Source of the DNA: Anthoceros angustus
Taxonomy: Eukaryota; Plantae; Anthocerotophyta
DNA: 64,000 nucleotides
NCBI GenBank assembly: GCA_010909165.1
Contig: VJWM01000182.1
Location: 186,001 to 250,000 of the forward strand
Direction: 5' to 3'
In this document: positions 1-9,815 of the stretch, piece after piece
Position numbering within the stretch: position 1 is the first letter of the stretch
Layout: each line of letters begins with the position of its first letter
The notes under the pieces: model-generated
What the model was told of the DNA's origin: nothing
What the model saw: only the letters and a program-made list of their open reading frames with translations
Database searches by the model: none
Made by a program: the position numbers and the translations under genes

Positions 1-276
1 TGTAAATCACGCCATAGCCTGCACCATGAGAAGAAATTGGGTCACCTAGGTTTGGCTATCTTCCCACGTTGGGCATCAGGGCTACACCAACAACAAGTTG
101 GAAAATAGCCAGCATGTATTCTTACCTAACACTCGAAAACATCTAGCATTCTAAACTAGTTTGCAAAATATCTAGTTCAGCTAGATTCATTCATCCTAGC
201 ATTAATTTGGGAAATGTATTTGTTGTCTTATTCTACACAACATTGGGTCGGCTTCTTACCTAATCGGTCACCTTCA
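1..276 (-). repeat. 3' LTR of the DNMT-Gypsy element (partial)
   Basis: 38-276 matches ~7456-7703 and 1-37 matches ~7194-7228. The LTR may extend to ~400, because no PPT is visible at 277+ and a minus-strand TATAAATAG lies at ~368-377. Confidence 0.8.
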
Positions 277-468
277 TGATGCGTTACTAGAACAATGTTG
301 GTGATGAGTCAGGTGCCAAGTGTGGACAGCTTGGACTCATCGAGGCCTGAGCTTTGGCCAGCACCTTCTATTTATAGAACAGATTGCGGTAGCCGATGTT
401 CAGAAAGTGAAAGAATCGATCCCCGGTGATTGGGCTGAAGAGCATTGTGCTATAGCTGCGGCCCGGTG

Positions 469-600
469 GCACAGAGGCGAGCAAAGTTGCTCAGGAACCT
501 TAGAGAGAGGTGGATTGAGACAGAACAAGTGGTAACCACCATTGCAGTAGTCGCAAAGCAGCATCAACTCAGCGTCGTCAGTCCTCTGGCATACCTGACA
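469..600 (-). pseudogene. PHD zinc finger at the C-terminus of Gypsy integrase
   Basis: Manual translation CQVCQRTDDAELMLLCDYCNGGYHLFCLNPPLSKVPEQLCSPLC fits C4-H-C3. It is in frame with ORF 622..885, separated only by one TAG at 622-624. Confidence 0.88.
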
Positions 601-621
601 TGGGTAATCTTGAGGAGGAAT

Positions 622-1800
622 CTAGTCAGCAGTGACTATGGTTGGGTCCAAGTTAGGAAGGTGGCAGGGTGCGCAATTTTTCATATGGTCTGTGATGGTG
701 CGCCCATCTGACCCTTGCAACAGCAAGACCCCGTTTGGTTGGACCTCCCTGATTTGCAGCACATGATGGTTGCTGACAGTGTCCAGAGTGTCCCCTGTTT
801 GGCGTTGTAGGTATACGAAATCCCCCACTTGAAACTTCTTCAGTTTGGGCCTGAAACTCCCACTGTGGGTGTATGTATACCGCAATGTGTCCCGGTGCTA
901 TGCGATGCGGAGATTGGCCATTGCCATGGGCATCACTTGCCTAAACAATGCAGCCCTCTCACCTATTACGCGAGCCCAAACAGCAGGATCATCCAGATCC
1001 AAAACTTCTGCCATCTGTTTGGCAATAGCACTGGGTGGTATGGGCTCCCTCCCAAACAGCAAAAAGTAGGGACTAGAGTGGGCTAAGGAGGCATGTTTGC
1101 TGAGCCTGTACCCCATGGAAATGTATGGTAGGGCAAAATCCCATTCTGTCTTGGGCATCCGTAAGCATAGTTTCCTCAGACCCTTCTTGATTGTTTCCAC
1201 CATACGCTCTGCGAGACCATCGGCTTGGGGGTGGTCTCGACTAGTCCTGCGATGGTCAATCAATGCTGCATCCAACATATCCTGGAATTCTCCTCGAAAT
1301 TCAAAGCCCTGATCTGTCAAGCACTCAGCACAAACTCCCAAAGCGTGCCAGCACATTCTGAAGGAAAGCCTGCACTGTGCTCCTAAATGTCTTATCAGGA
1401 AGGGCCACCACTTCGATCCACTTGCTGAAATGCTCCATCATAACGAGCACGTAGACATCGCCCCTGGGTGTACGAAGGAGTTCCCCAAGCAGGTCACAGA
1501 ACCACCGGAAGAACAGACCCATGATGGGCAAAGGCTGTAGTTGTGGATTCTGAATGTTGTAGGTGGTCTTAACTCTGTCACACTCCACATAGCGAGCCAC
1601 CTGTTGCTTCACCTGGGCATGCATACGGTACCAATGAAAATGTGGAACTAAGAGGCTGTAGGTCCTTTTGACACCAAAGTGACCCATGTCGTCATGGACT
1701 CGACGAATCAACTGCTCTCTCTCAGTTGGTGGAGGCACAAGACGCTCCACTCCGTTACCCAACCTTCGTAGCAAGTAATTGTCTCGCCAGTAGTACATCT
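622..1800 (-). pseudogene. Gypsy integrase (frameshifted)
   Basis: HDDMGHFGVKRTYSLL...VECDRVK zinc-binding region; WFCDLLGEL, EHFSKWIEVV, CLTDQGFEF, HPQADGLAERMV catalytic core; C-terminal GDFVYLQRQ domain. Confidence 0.93.
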
Positions 1801-2079
1801 CAGCGCGTTGACGGATCTGCTCCTGGACTGCTGGTTTTAGTGACGTGTCCAACTGTCCAGTTTGCACAAAGTGCAAAGTCTCAGCATCCTCCCACATGTC
1901 CTTGGGCCTGGTAGTGCTGGTATTAGCCTCCAACTGTCCCAAGCATGTCATGGCCACCAGGGCGGCCACATCAAGACCCTCGGCCTCATTGCTATCTAGA
2001 TCCTGTCGGGCTTCAGTGACATCAACAAAATTGTCACTAGGATTCCTGGACAAGGTGTCAGCATTCTCGTGTTTCACGC

Positions 2080-3420
2080 CGGGCCTGTGCACCACGGTGA
2101 ACTCATAATCTTGCAAGATCATGGCCCATCTTGCGAGCTTACCACTGAGGTTGGTGTTCGTCATCAGCCACTTAAGAGGCTGGTGATCTGTCACCAATGT
2201 AAAGGGTTTCCCAAACAGATATGGGCGAAAATGTTAAACAACCCACACAGCAGCTAGGCATTCCCCATGGTAATCATGAGTTGGCCTCAGACGATTATTG
2301 CTGCGGACGCTATAACGCCAAGGCCCCTCTTCATCCAAATTGCAAGGAGATGCTAGACTCAAAGACACTCCAACTGTGGTGCACCACAAAGCCCTTGGAA
2401 AAATCAGGTCTAGCCATCACAGGGGCCTTGGTTAGCTGAGCCTTGAGCATGTCAAAGGCCTCTTGTGCAGTAGCTGTCAGCTCCAGAGCACATCCTTGCG
2501 CAACAGATCATTCAGAGGCTTTGCCATTCGGCTGAAATTCTGAATGTATACCCTGTAATAGTTGCATAAGCCCAAGAAAGACCTCAACGCTGAAACACTG
2601 GTTGGCTCCTTCACTTGCAAGATGGCCTGCACCTTAACTGAATGTGGCATAATCCCCTTTGGTACAATTCTATGTCCCAAATACGCCATAGTATCCATGC
2701 CAAATTCGCACTTGGTAGGATGGCAAGTCAAGTTTGCCTTGCGCAGTCGAATGAATAAATCCTCAAGGTGCTCCAGGTGACTCTGAAAGTCTAGGCTGTG
2801 CACCAGCACGTCATCAACGTAGCATATCATGTGTGCAGATCCTGCTAAGACCATGTCCATCACCCGTTGAAATGTCACCGGTGCATTTTTAAAACCAAAG
2901 GGCATCACGAGCCATTCCCATAGCTGCCGAGAGCCATGAAAGGCTGTCTTCTTGATGTCCTCCTCTGCCACCGGGACCTGGTTGAACCCTTGCCGGAGAT
3001 CCAATATGGAGAAAAACATTGAATTGCCAATGTTGTCAAAGATTTCCTCAGGAGTTGGCATGGGATATCGGTCTTGGGCACTCATGGCGTTGATGGGACG
3101 ATAGTCCCCACACATTCGCTTCTCTGTCCACATCCCATTGCTATCCTTCTTTGGAGGCATGACTGTTGCTGCAGCATAATCTGAGCTTGAGGGACGGATA
3201 AGTCCAGCCTCCAGCAACTCCTGGCATCGTGCATCCACCATCTCCCACTCTGTTTGGCTCAGCCTGTAACGCCGCCTATAGATGGGCTCATCACTGGTCA
3301 ACTTGATGCGGAAGACAGTCACATTGCAACGTTTCAATTCCTTCATGGAGAACGCGAAATAGTCCTTGTATTTTAGCAGCAGACTGTGGACCTGAGCTTG
3401 CTGCTCACTTGTGATCTTGG
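2080..3420 (-). pseudogene. Gypsy reverse transcriptase and RNase H
   Basis: ORF 2477..3592 has RMCGDYRPIN, LDLRQGFNQV, MPFGFKNAP, YVDD and LRSFLGLCNYYR. Downstream come AFDMLKAQLTKAPV and TDHQPLKWLM. Confidence 0.95.
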
Positions 3421-3649
3421 GTCCCATTGTCCAGAGAAAGTTCTCAGCAGAAGGGCGTGGCTTGTGCTCAGCCCGAGTCCATGCACCAGTGATTCCCCAC
3501 GGACTTGAAGTCGACCAAGATGACCGTAGTGTAGCCAGGGAATGGGAGATGAACAGCATCTGCAGCATAAGTGTTGGAGAAGTAGGGGACATGGCTGGGA
3601 CCTATGCGAGACATGATGAAGGTTAGGATAGATGCAGTCAGACCATGTC

Positions 3650-4540
3650 ATCGCGTGAAGATCCATGGCACGGCCCAGCAATGCACGAATCGGACTTGCG
3701 ATCATTGAGAATGAGCGTGAAAACCCATCACTCGCTCTCGTTCCTCCACAATGGGTTCCTCCCACTGCTGGGTGTCAGTGTTCAACAGCATGCCAGCTCC
3801 CTGCCCTCTGTATGCATGAGAGTGGGATAGCTCACCAGCGTTGGAAGGGTACAGCGTGGCTGTCCTGGGACATTGGTGTTGTACCAGGGCTTCCTCTCAC
3901 CGGCACGGACAGGCCGGGGCTGGTGATTGTTGTCCAGGACTGTGAACAAGCTCAAGGATAGGTCCCGGGTGGTCCCAGCCAACACCAATTCTAGCAAGGG
4001 TTGAGGGGCAAGGTTGGTCCAAAAATTACGCAAGCGATGTGCGTAACTGCCCACCTGTATAGCATCGAGTAACAAGGGAACTCCCACATGCTGCTGTATC
4101 ACAGCCATGTCCTGGCGAACCTATAGTCGAGAATCCAGCTGGGTTGGAGTGTTCTCCAGGATGTAAGCACAGCTGGGGTTGCAAGCCTGAACCCACACCA
4201 AGATGCGTCGAAGATCCTAGAAAAGGGCAGAGCGCGGATCGTGTAGACCTGCTCCAGCGCCAGCTGAGGAAAACCCTTGGCATTCCCAACCAGCCACTAC
4301 GATGTCTATGGGTGGTAGGCGCTGGATGTGCCCAACCAGGATGTACTGAATATCCTGTGGAAGGGCTGCAAACATGGCACTGGGTGGCAGAGTGGCACTG
4401 TGAATCGGATTGAAGTCCCCGACCAAAAGCAGCCTAGCTTCCCGGGCTGGGGCACTTGTCACAGTAAATGTATTGGGCCACAACCAGCCCATTCTCAAAG
4501 ATGGCTTCCACCAATGCATATTTCCAAACAGCCCAACTCA
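3650..4540 (-). pseudogene. C5 cytosine DNA methyltransferase domain (DNMT3-like) inside the Gypsy polyprotein region
   Basis: Motifs appear in canonical order. Motif I/II is frameshifted (LFG...LVEAIFENGLVVAQYIYCD). Motif IV is DIVVAGWECQGFSSAG...DPRSALF, VI is YILEN, VIII is PLLLDAIQVGSYAHRLRNFWTNL, IX is EEPIVEERERVMGF and X is RALLGRAMDL. There are two in-frame TAG stops (4217-4219, 4121-4123) plus frameshifts. Confidence 0.9.
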
Positions 4541-4579
4541 AGCGTTGCTGTGTGAGGGTGTCCATGCTAGGATGGATGA

Positions 4580-6200
4580 TTAGCGGCGCCGTGGTTGATC
4601 ATCCGTGCTGGAGGTGGCTGCATCCACCAAGGGCCAATTGACCTCAGGTACTATATGCAAGATATCTGCAGATGGGTCACCCGTATCATCCTCCAGCAAC
4701 ACATCCCTCAAGCACAAGGTTGCTGCTAATGACTGTCCTAACTGGTCAAGCATTCTGTCCTCATCATCCAGATTGGTATCCAGCCATGCGTCCACCTGCC
4801 TGATGTCAAGAATCAGTGTGCATGTAAGCACTTGTGGGGCAGTCAAGGTGGCAGTGTCCACCTCACTGGCTCCATGAAGATCAAGAGGTAGATAGGCCAC
4901 CTGCTGGCCTCCGTTCCTCCAATCAGGCCTGTAGTAGGCAAGCTCGGACTAGTTATCCACGCCTATGCCTAATGAAGTGAGCTTGTCTACATTGGTAACC
5001 ACCTTGGCCTTGGCCTTCTCTCGCTGCTGTTTGCTGCGAGAGACTCCTGAACTGCCTGTTGCCGAGGGGCTTGAATCAGTAGAAGTGGTGGTTGTCCCTG
5101 TAGCATTTGTGGTGCCCCCTCGTTGTTGCCTTCGCTCCGGATGCTTCTGAAAGCATACAGTCACAAGATGCCCAGGCTTGTGGCAATGAGAACAAAGCAA
5201 TCCTTCAGGAGGGCACTTGCAGGCCGGAGCCATGTGCTCTGGACTGCCACACCGATTGCACAAAGCCTCCAGGGTTGCTGCAGCTCCTACTTTGGCTGTC
5301 TTAGCTTGAGTAGACTTGGATGTCCCAGCACCTACACTCCCAACAGCTATGTTCTTACTGGAAAACATGCTTTGGTAGTGTGTGAAGGCCTTGGAATGCC
5401 TTGAGGCATATGTTGAGAATGCAATCTCCTTCTTCTCAGCCACCTCATGCACTTGCTCCAAAGTATAACTGTCTCCATACTTATTCACAAGGGATATGAC
5501 GAGCTGAAAGTGGAAAAGTGGATCACCTTCTAGTGCCGTGAGGAATTTTTGTGCCGCCTCCTGTTCTGTCAGCATTCCTGTACCCTCTCGCAGTTTCTGC
5601 AGTCGACGAAAGGTCATTTGAACAGTTTCACCTTTCGTGCGTGCAAAACTTGCCAACTCTGCAATCTTCTTAGGTGTCTTGAGGGGAAAAGCCCTTTCCA
5701 AAATCCCCAAGAAGTCTTCCTCCGGGTTGGCATGCTTGGGTGTGAGGATGTCAGCATCAACACTGCGATGCAGACCATTTCTGGTACAGGTAGGGCGACC
5801 AACTGTTGGTGGTTGCCTTTGCTGCAATGCTCCGGTGCAATACCGGCTGGTGAGCATTAATTGCATTAGCCAGCCTAGCGTTGTAAGCTAGCTGTAAGGC
5901 ATTCGAGAACAGGGGGTTAGGTGTAGCCACCATCGGCGTGAGTTCAGCTTGGTGCACCTCATACAAGTCTAGGGCCTTGTCTACTAGATGCCCAGATAGC
6001 TGTTCAAACATGTAAAGGTGGTTGTATGCAGCACCATGTTTGAACTTAACCCGACTGATCATGCCATTGACAGATAACTTGAAATCCCGTAAGGACTGGG
6101 CACCTAGTCTCCCTGAAAACCTCTCATGCCTGTAGGGTGCTCCTCCCTCCATGTCGTCCGAGTCTTCAAAATACTCGGCTCGTGACTGCCTGATATATGG
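4580..6200 (-). pseudogene. Gypsy Gag with two CCHC zinc knuckles and downstream linker
   Basis: CNRCGSPEHMAPAC and CSHCHKPGHLVTVC in ORF 4949..5866. ORF 4580..4900 is in the same frame after a single TAG (4949-4951). The Gag N-terminal part is in ORF 5757..6359 (ERFSGRLGAQSLRDF). Confidence 0.88.
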
Positions 6201-7193
6201 CTGTCCTGGATGAGGAGCCAATGCTGAGTGAAATGTCACCCAAAGTTGACAAGTGGGATTGCTCCAAGGGTGTATGGCCCAAGGGCTGCTCTGGCAAGAA
6301 CTCAACTTGTGACTCCTCCTCAGGTAGCTGGCTCTGAAATGAAGCTTTCTCTCCTCCAAAATCAGTCAGGGTGAGGAAACCTGTAAATGGGGACCAACTT
6401 GTTGTTGGTCTTGCTGTTGAGGGTGGACTGTCGGGGTCGAAGCTGACTTCCACAAACTCCTGAGCTTGCTCCTGCCTTTTGGCTGCCCTCCTCCGTCGTG
6501 TGTATGCACGTCTAAGTGGGGTGCTTTGTCCAGGGATGTCGCGGGATCTCAGTCTGTAACGAGGACTTGTCTCATGCTCCTCAGGTTGCATTCCCCCATG
6601 AACACGCACAACAAACAAAAGGTCAGCTAGCTAGGCTGGAAGAGGAAAAGAAGGCAAGCTAGCACTGTAGTCGAGCTTCTTTGCTAAAGCGAAAACCAGA
6701 CAAGTCAAGAAGCATGAAATGTCAAAGTCACAGTGCAAAAGGACACATGAGGAGGAGTCTAAAAGCTAGGCTACATGTAATGAAAGACCTAAAGTGCCAG
6801 TGTCCATAAGATCCCTAGCCCCTATGCTGCAACAAGAGGGGTGTTGGCTGCAAATAGCCAACATTCTCCCACTGAAACCCTAGATGACCAAATCCTCCAA
6901 GGCATTCAGGCCCTGGGTTTCACTCGAAATTGGACAAAAATTATACCAATACATTCGTCTCAGCGAGGCAAACAATCAAGTATGTGAATCGAAGGCAACT
7001 AACCTCTGTGGCGGACGCTATGAGCTCTAGAAGGCTGGGACAGCTTGCTGCAAGTGGAATGTTGCTGCTCTGCTGCTGCTAGCACGATAGGGTGTGTTGG
7101 TGATGCCACCTTGCTGTAGTTGCCTGGCCGCCTCCACCAATCTGAATCACCCCTAGCTCTTGCATGAGGGCTTGCGCGTCTTTGCAGCACACT

Positions 7194-7703
7194 GTAAATC
7201 ACGCCATGCGCACCACGAGAAGAAATTTTGCTGAGAACATGCTCAGCTTGAACCCCAATCTCAAAAGAACATGACTTCCCAAGGTTCTCTTCCGGTGTCA
7301 CAGTGCTGCAAGGCGCGACTTCAATAGCTAACGACTCCTGCCCTAGTTGTCTCTTTTGTCTAGCGCCTGCCATCATCTCCACGATCCAGTCTCTCGTCGA
7401 GTTGGCTTCACGCCCTTGCATCAGCAACAGACTGCTCCTTTCCATGATGCCTTGCTGGGTCACCTAGGTTTGGCTATCTTCCCACGTTGGGCATCAGGGC
7501 TACACCAACAACAAGTTGGAAAATAGCCAGCATGTATTCTAACCTAACCTTCCTGAAAACATCTAGCTTGTTCTAAACTAGTTTGCAAAACATCTAGTTC
7601 AGCTAGATTCATTCATCCTAGCATTAATTTGGGAAATGTATTTGTTGTCCTATTCTACACAACATTAGCTGAAGGCTTCTTACCTAATCGGCGGTCACCT
7701 TCA
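7194..7703 (-). repeat. 5' LTR of the DNMT-Gypsy element (portion supported by homology; true inner boundary probably ~6950-7190)
   Basis: Direct repeat of 1-276 with ~225 bp of extra sequence at ~7230-7455. Confidence 0.8.
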
Positions 7704-8396
7704 TGAGACCTCTTCGGTCTGTTGTTGTCCTTGGGATTGCGCCACCCAATACTCGGCTAGTGTGTTCATGTCTGCTTGTGGCTCGGGGGCCGCCTCAGCG
7801 GGCGGTTTAGATAACCATTTGTGGAACTTGCCATGGTCTTGCCAGTATCTCTCATTGATTTGGATCAAGGATTCCGTTTGAAGGTAGCAGGTTCGGGGCC
7901 GGTGCCCAACCGAGAGGTTACCTTGAGGCATGGAGCGGGGCCGATATTTGACGGTTCCGAAGTATCGGCCTGCTAAATCATTAAGAAGGAAGTGGACTTT
8001 GAGCTCGAGGAGTTCCATGGTGGTATAGTCTGCGGAAGTGCTTTGCAAGCGTCTCCATAAAGCAGTAAATCGTATGAGGAGCCTTGCGACCTGTTTTCGA
8101 AACTTCCGAATGTTATTCGGCTCTGGCCTGTAGGAGAGGGCGATGGGAGAAAAGGTGAATCCCTCTACGGGTTCCACTATTGGTTCTAATGCCAACTCCC
8201 CCGATGCAGGTTCAAGAGGGGTGTGAGAGTGCCGGTAGCGGGACATGTAGAGCACTCGTTTCCTCTTTTGCGCGTGGTGCACCGTCCTCTTCTCCCTCTG
8301 GGCCGGGCGGGGGAAGCCGCGGCCCCGAGAGGGGCCTATGCGATTGTTATTGCTCCAGGTGTGAGGGAGCCAAGTCCATAGGATGTAAGACCTCAT
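7701..8396 (-). CDS. Orphan ORF of unknown function (231 aa, probably 3'-truncated at the LTR junction)
   Basis: Uninterrupted ORF. A GC-box (GGGCGG) and TATA-like sequence lie at ~8399-8420. The stop codon lies inside LTR-homologous sequence. Confidence 0.4.
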   Translation of the reverse strand: MRSYILWTWLPHTWSNNNRIGPSRGRGFPRPAQREKRTVHHAQKRKRVLYMSRYRHSHTPLEPASGELALEPIVEPVEGFTFSPIALSYRPEPNNIRKFRKQVARLLIRFTALWRRLQSTSADYTTMELLELKVHFLLNDLAGRYFGTVKYRPRSMPQGNLSVGHRPRTCYLQTESLIQINERYWQDHGKFHKWLSKPPAEAAPEPQADMNTLAEYWVAQSQGQQQTEEVS

Positions 8397-8562
8397 GTGT
8401 ATATATTATAAGGGCGGGGCCTTGGGCTGGGACCACCCTGGAGTTGTGTGTGTGGTTTTGGTGCCCTCACCACTAGGCGCAAGTTAACGTCTTGCCCCCC
8501 TTTTCACATTTCTCGATTGACTTGGTGCGCTTTGTGCACCACGGAAAAACTCTGCCCGGTAG

Positions 8563-8720
8563 TGATGGATTACGTGGTGATAAGCGCGTGGATAAACTTT
8601 CATCAAATAAAGAATGAATACAAAAATGTGTTTGAGATGTGCCTTTTATACTTGACTTAATAACGCTTCACTTAACCCTAACTAGCATTGCTTAACTATA
8701 GGTTTGCTTTGTCTCCAACA
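8563..8720 (-). repeat. Copia 3' LTR (~160 bp) with adjacent PPT
   Basis: Starts TGTTGG on the minus strand, preceded by AGAGGGAG. Matches 26359-26518. Confidence 0.92.
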
Positions 8721-9490
8721 CTCCCTCTAAAGCACCTATTAGGTAAGTGATGTATGCATAACGGAGGTTCACATTGCTCGGATCACCCTTAGCGTTCCTT
8801 GTCAGCTGCTCTGTGCCGCGGCGGCTCCAGCCGTAAAACCCAGAACCCTCAGGCACGGGGGCATTCGCTACCACAGTCTTGCTTGCGTGCAACATCTACC
8901 TTGTCCTCTCCACCACGATACTGCTCAGCCACCACGCTCGCCGTCGCCTCAACGCCATGAGGACTCGCAGCGGAAGAGACACCAGTGACGTGAGGCCATG
9001 TGTGCGTGAGAACGTGGCAAGGAGAAGGAGACGCGCACCCACAGCAGGAACAAGGGCTAGCGTTGCGGGACTGCTGACAATGGGTCGACTGCCAATTATT
9101 TGGAGGAACTTGTCGAGATTAAATAGCTTCCGTGTTGCAGGACATACCGAGGGCGCGAGCTTGGCGGAAGGACCCAACAGCGGTGCCGGTTTCGCTTCGG
9201 TCACGCGGCTCATCCTTGCGGCTAAATTGAGGGCTGAGCGGATTATTAGACTCAAGTCACTTCGGCGTGCGGGATCCGTTGCTGTGATGAGCAATGATGT
9301 GAAACACCGCCTTGTAAAAGAGCCAGGGATGATTTAATCCTAAGGTTAGCTTCATCCACCCCGTCTGTCCTTGCGAGTGTGCAATCTGCTATGTAAATGA
9401 CCTAACGTGTATCCTAGACTCCCTCTGATGAGCTTGCGTGTGCGATTCACGTGTGCAGGCAGGTGAACTGCTAGACACTCCACACCACAC

Positions 9491-9815
9491 CTAGGGAACT
9501 TGAGTTCCGCCCCCTCCACGGATAAGTCCTATGACCCATCCTTGAAGTAAGGCGGAGTAATCGGCTAACCCAAGACCCTCAAGATCTTGATAGTGCTTGT
9601 GTTTTGGCAAGCCCTTTGTGAGGATGTCGCCACGTTGTCCTCTGTATGGACGTGAGTCCACTTTAACCACACCTCTCTCGACCACATCCACGGCGTAGTG
9701 ATGCTGAATTTCAATATGTTTAGTACGTGCATGAAATCTAGGATTTGCCACTAATGCCGGTGACATATTGTCACAATGTAACTTTGTAGGTGCCATCATT
9801 TCTGGTCAAGGTCCT
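9491..9815 (-). pseudogene. Copia RNase H, C-terminal half
   Basis: LKDL...PTKLHCDN...NPRFHARTKHIEIQHHY...DILTKGLP, the typical Copia RNase H signature. Confidence 0.92.

Larger units (their letters stand above)
1..7703 (-). mobile_element. Ty3/Gypsy LTR retrotransposon carrying a DNMT domain and an integrase-linked PHD finger (decayed copy, left end outside window)
   Basis: Minus-strand order: Gag with two CCHC knuckles, DNMT motifs, RT (YVDD), RNase H, integrase (HHCC, D-D-E), PHD. Direct repeats at 1-276 and 7194-7703 behave as LTRs. Confidence 0.93.

Noticed and set aside
3471-3488. WCMDSG as the protease active site
   Set aside because: It is out of frame with RT, is followed at once by a stop, and is too close to the RT start to hold a protease domain.
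3650-4540. DNMT as a stand-alone horizontally acquired bacterial restriction-modification methylase
   Set aside because: It has no own start or promoter, lies on the pol strand between Gag and RT, has no cognate nuclease, and its motifs VIII-X look DNMT3-like.
320-6618. Numerous plus-strand ORFs over the DNMT-Gypsy element
   Set aside because: They are antisense shadows of the minus-strand polyprotein and have no motifs.
9420-9480. CTGATGAG as a hammerhead ribozyme core
   Set aside because: No correctly placed GAAA or stem II/III pairing was found.
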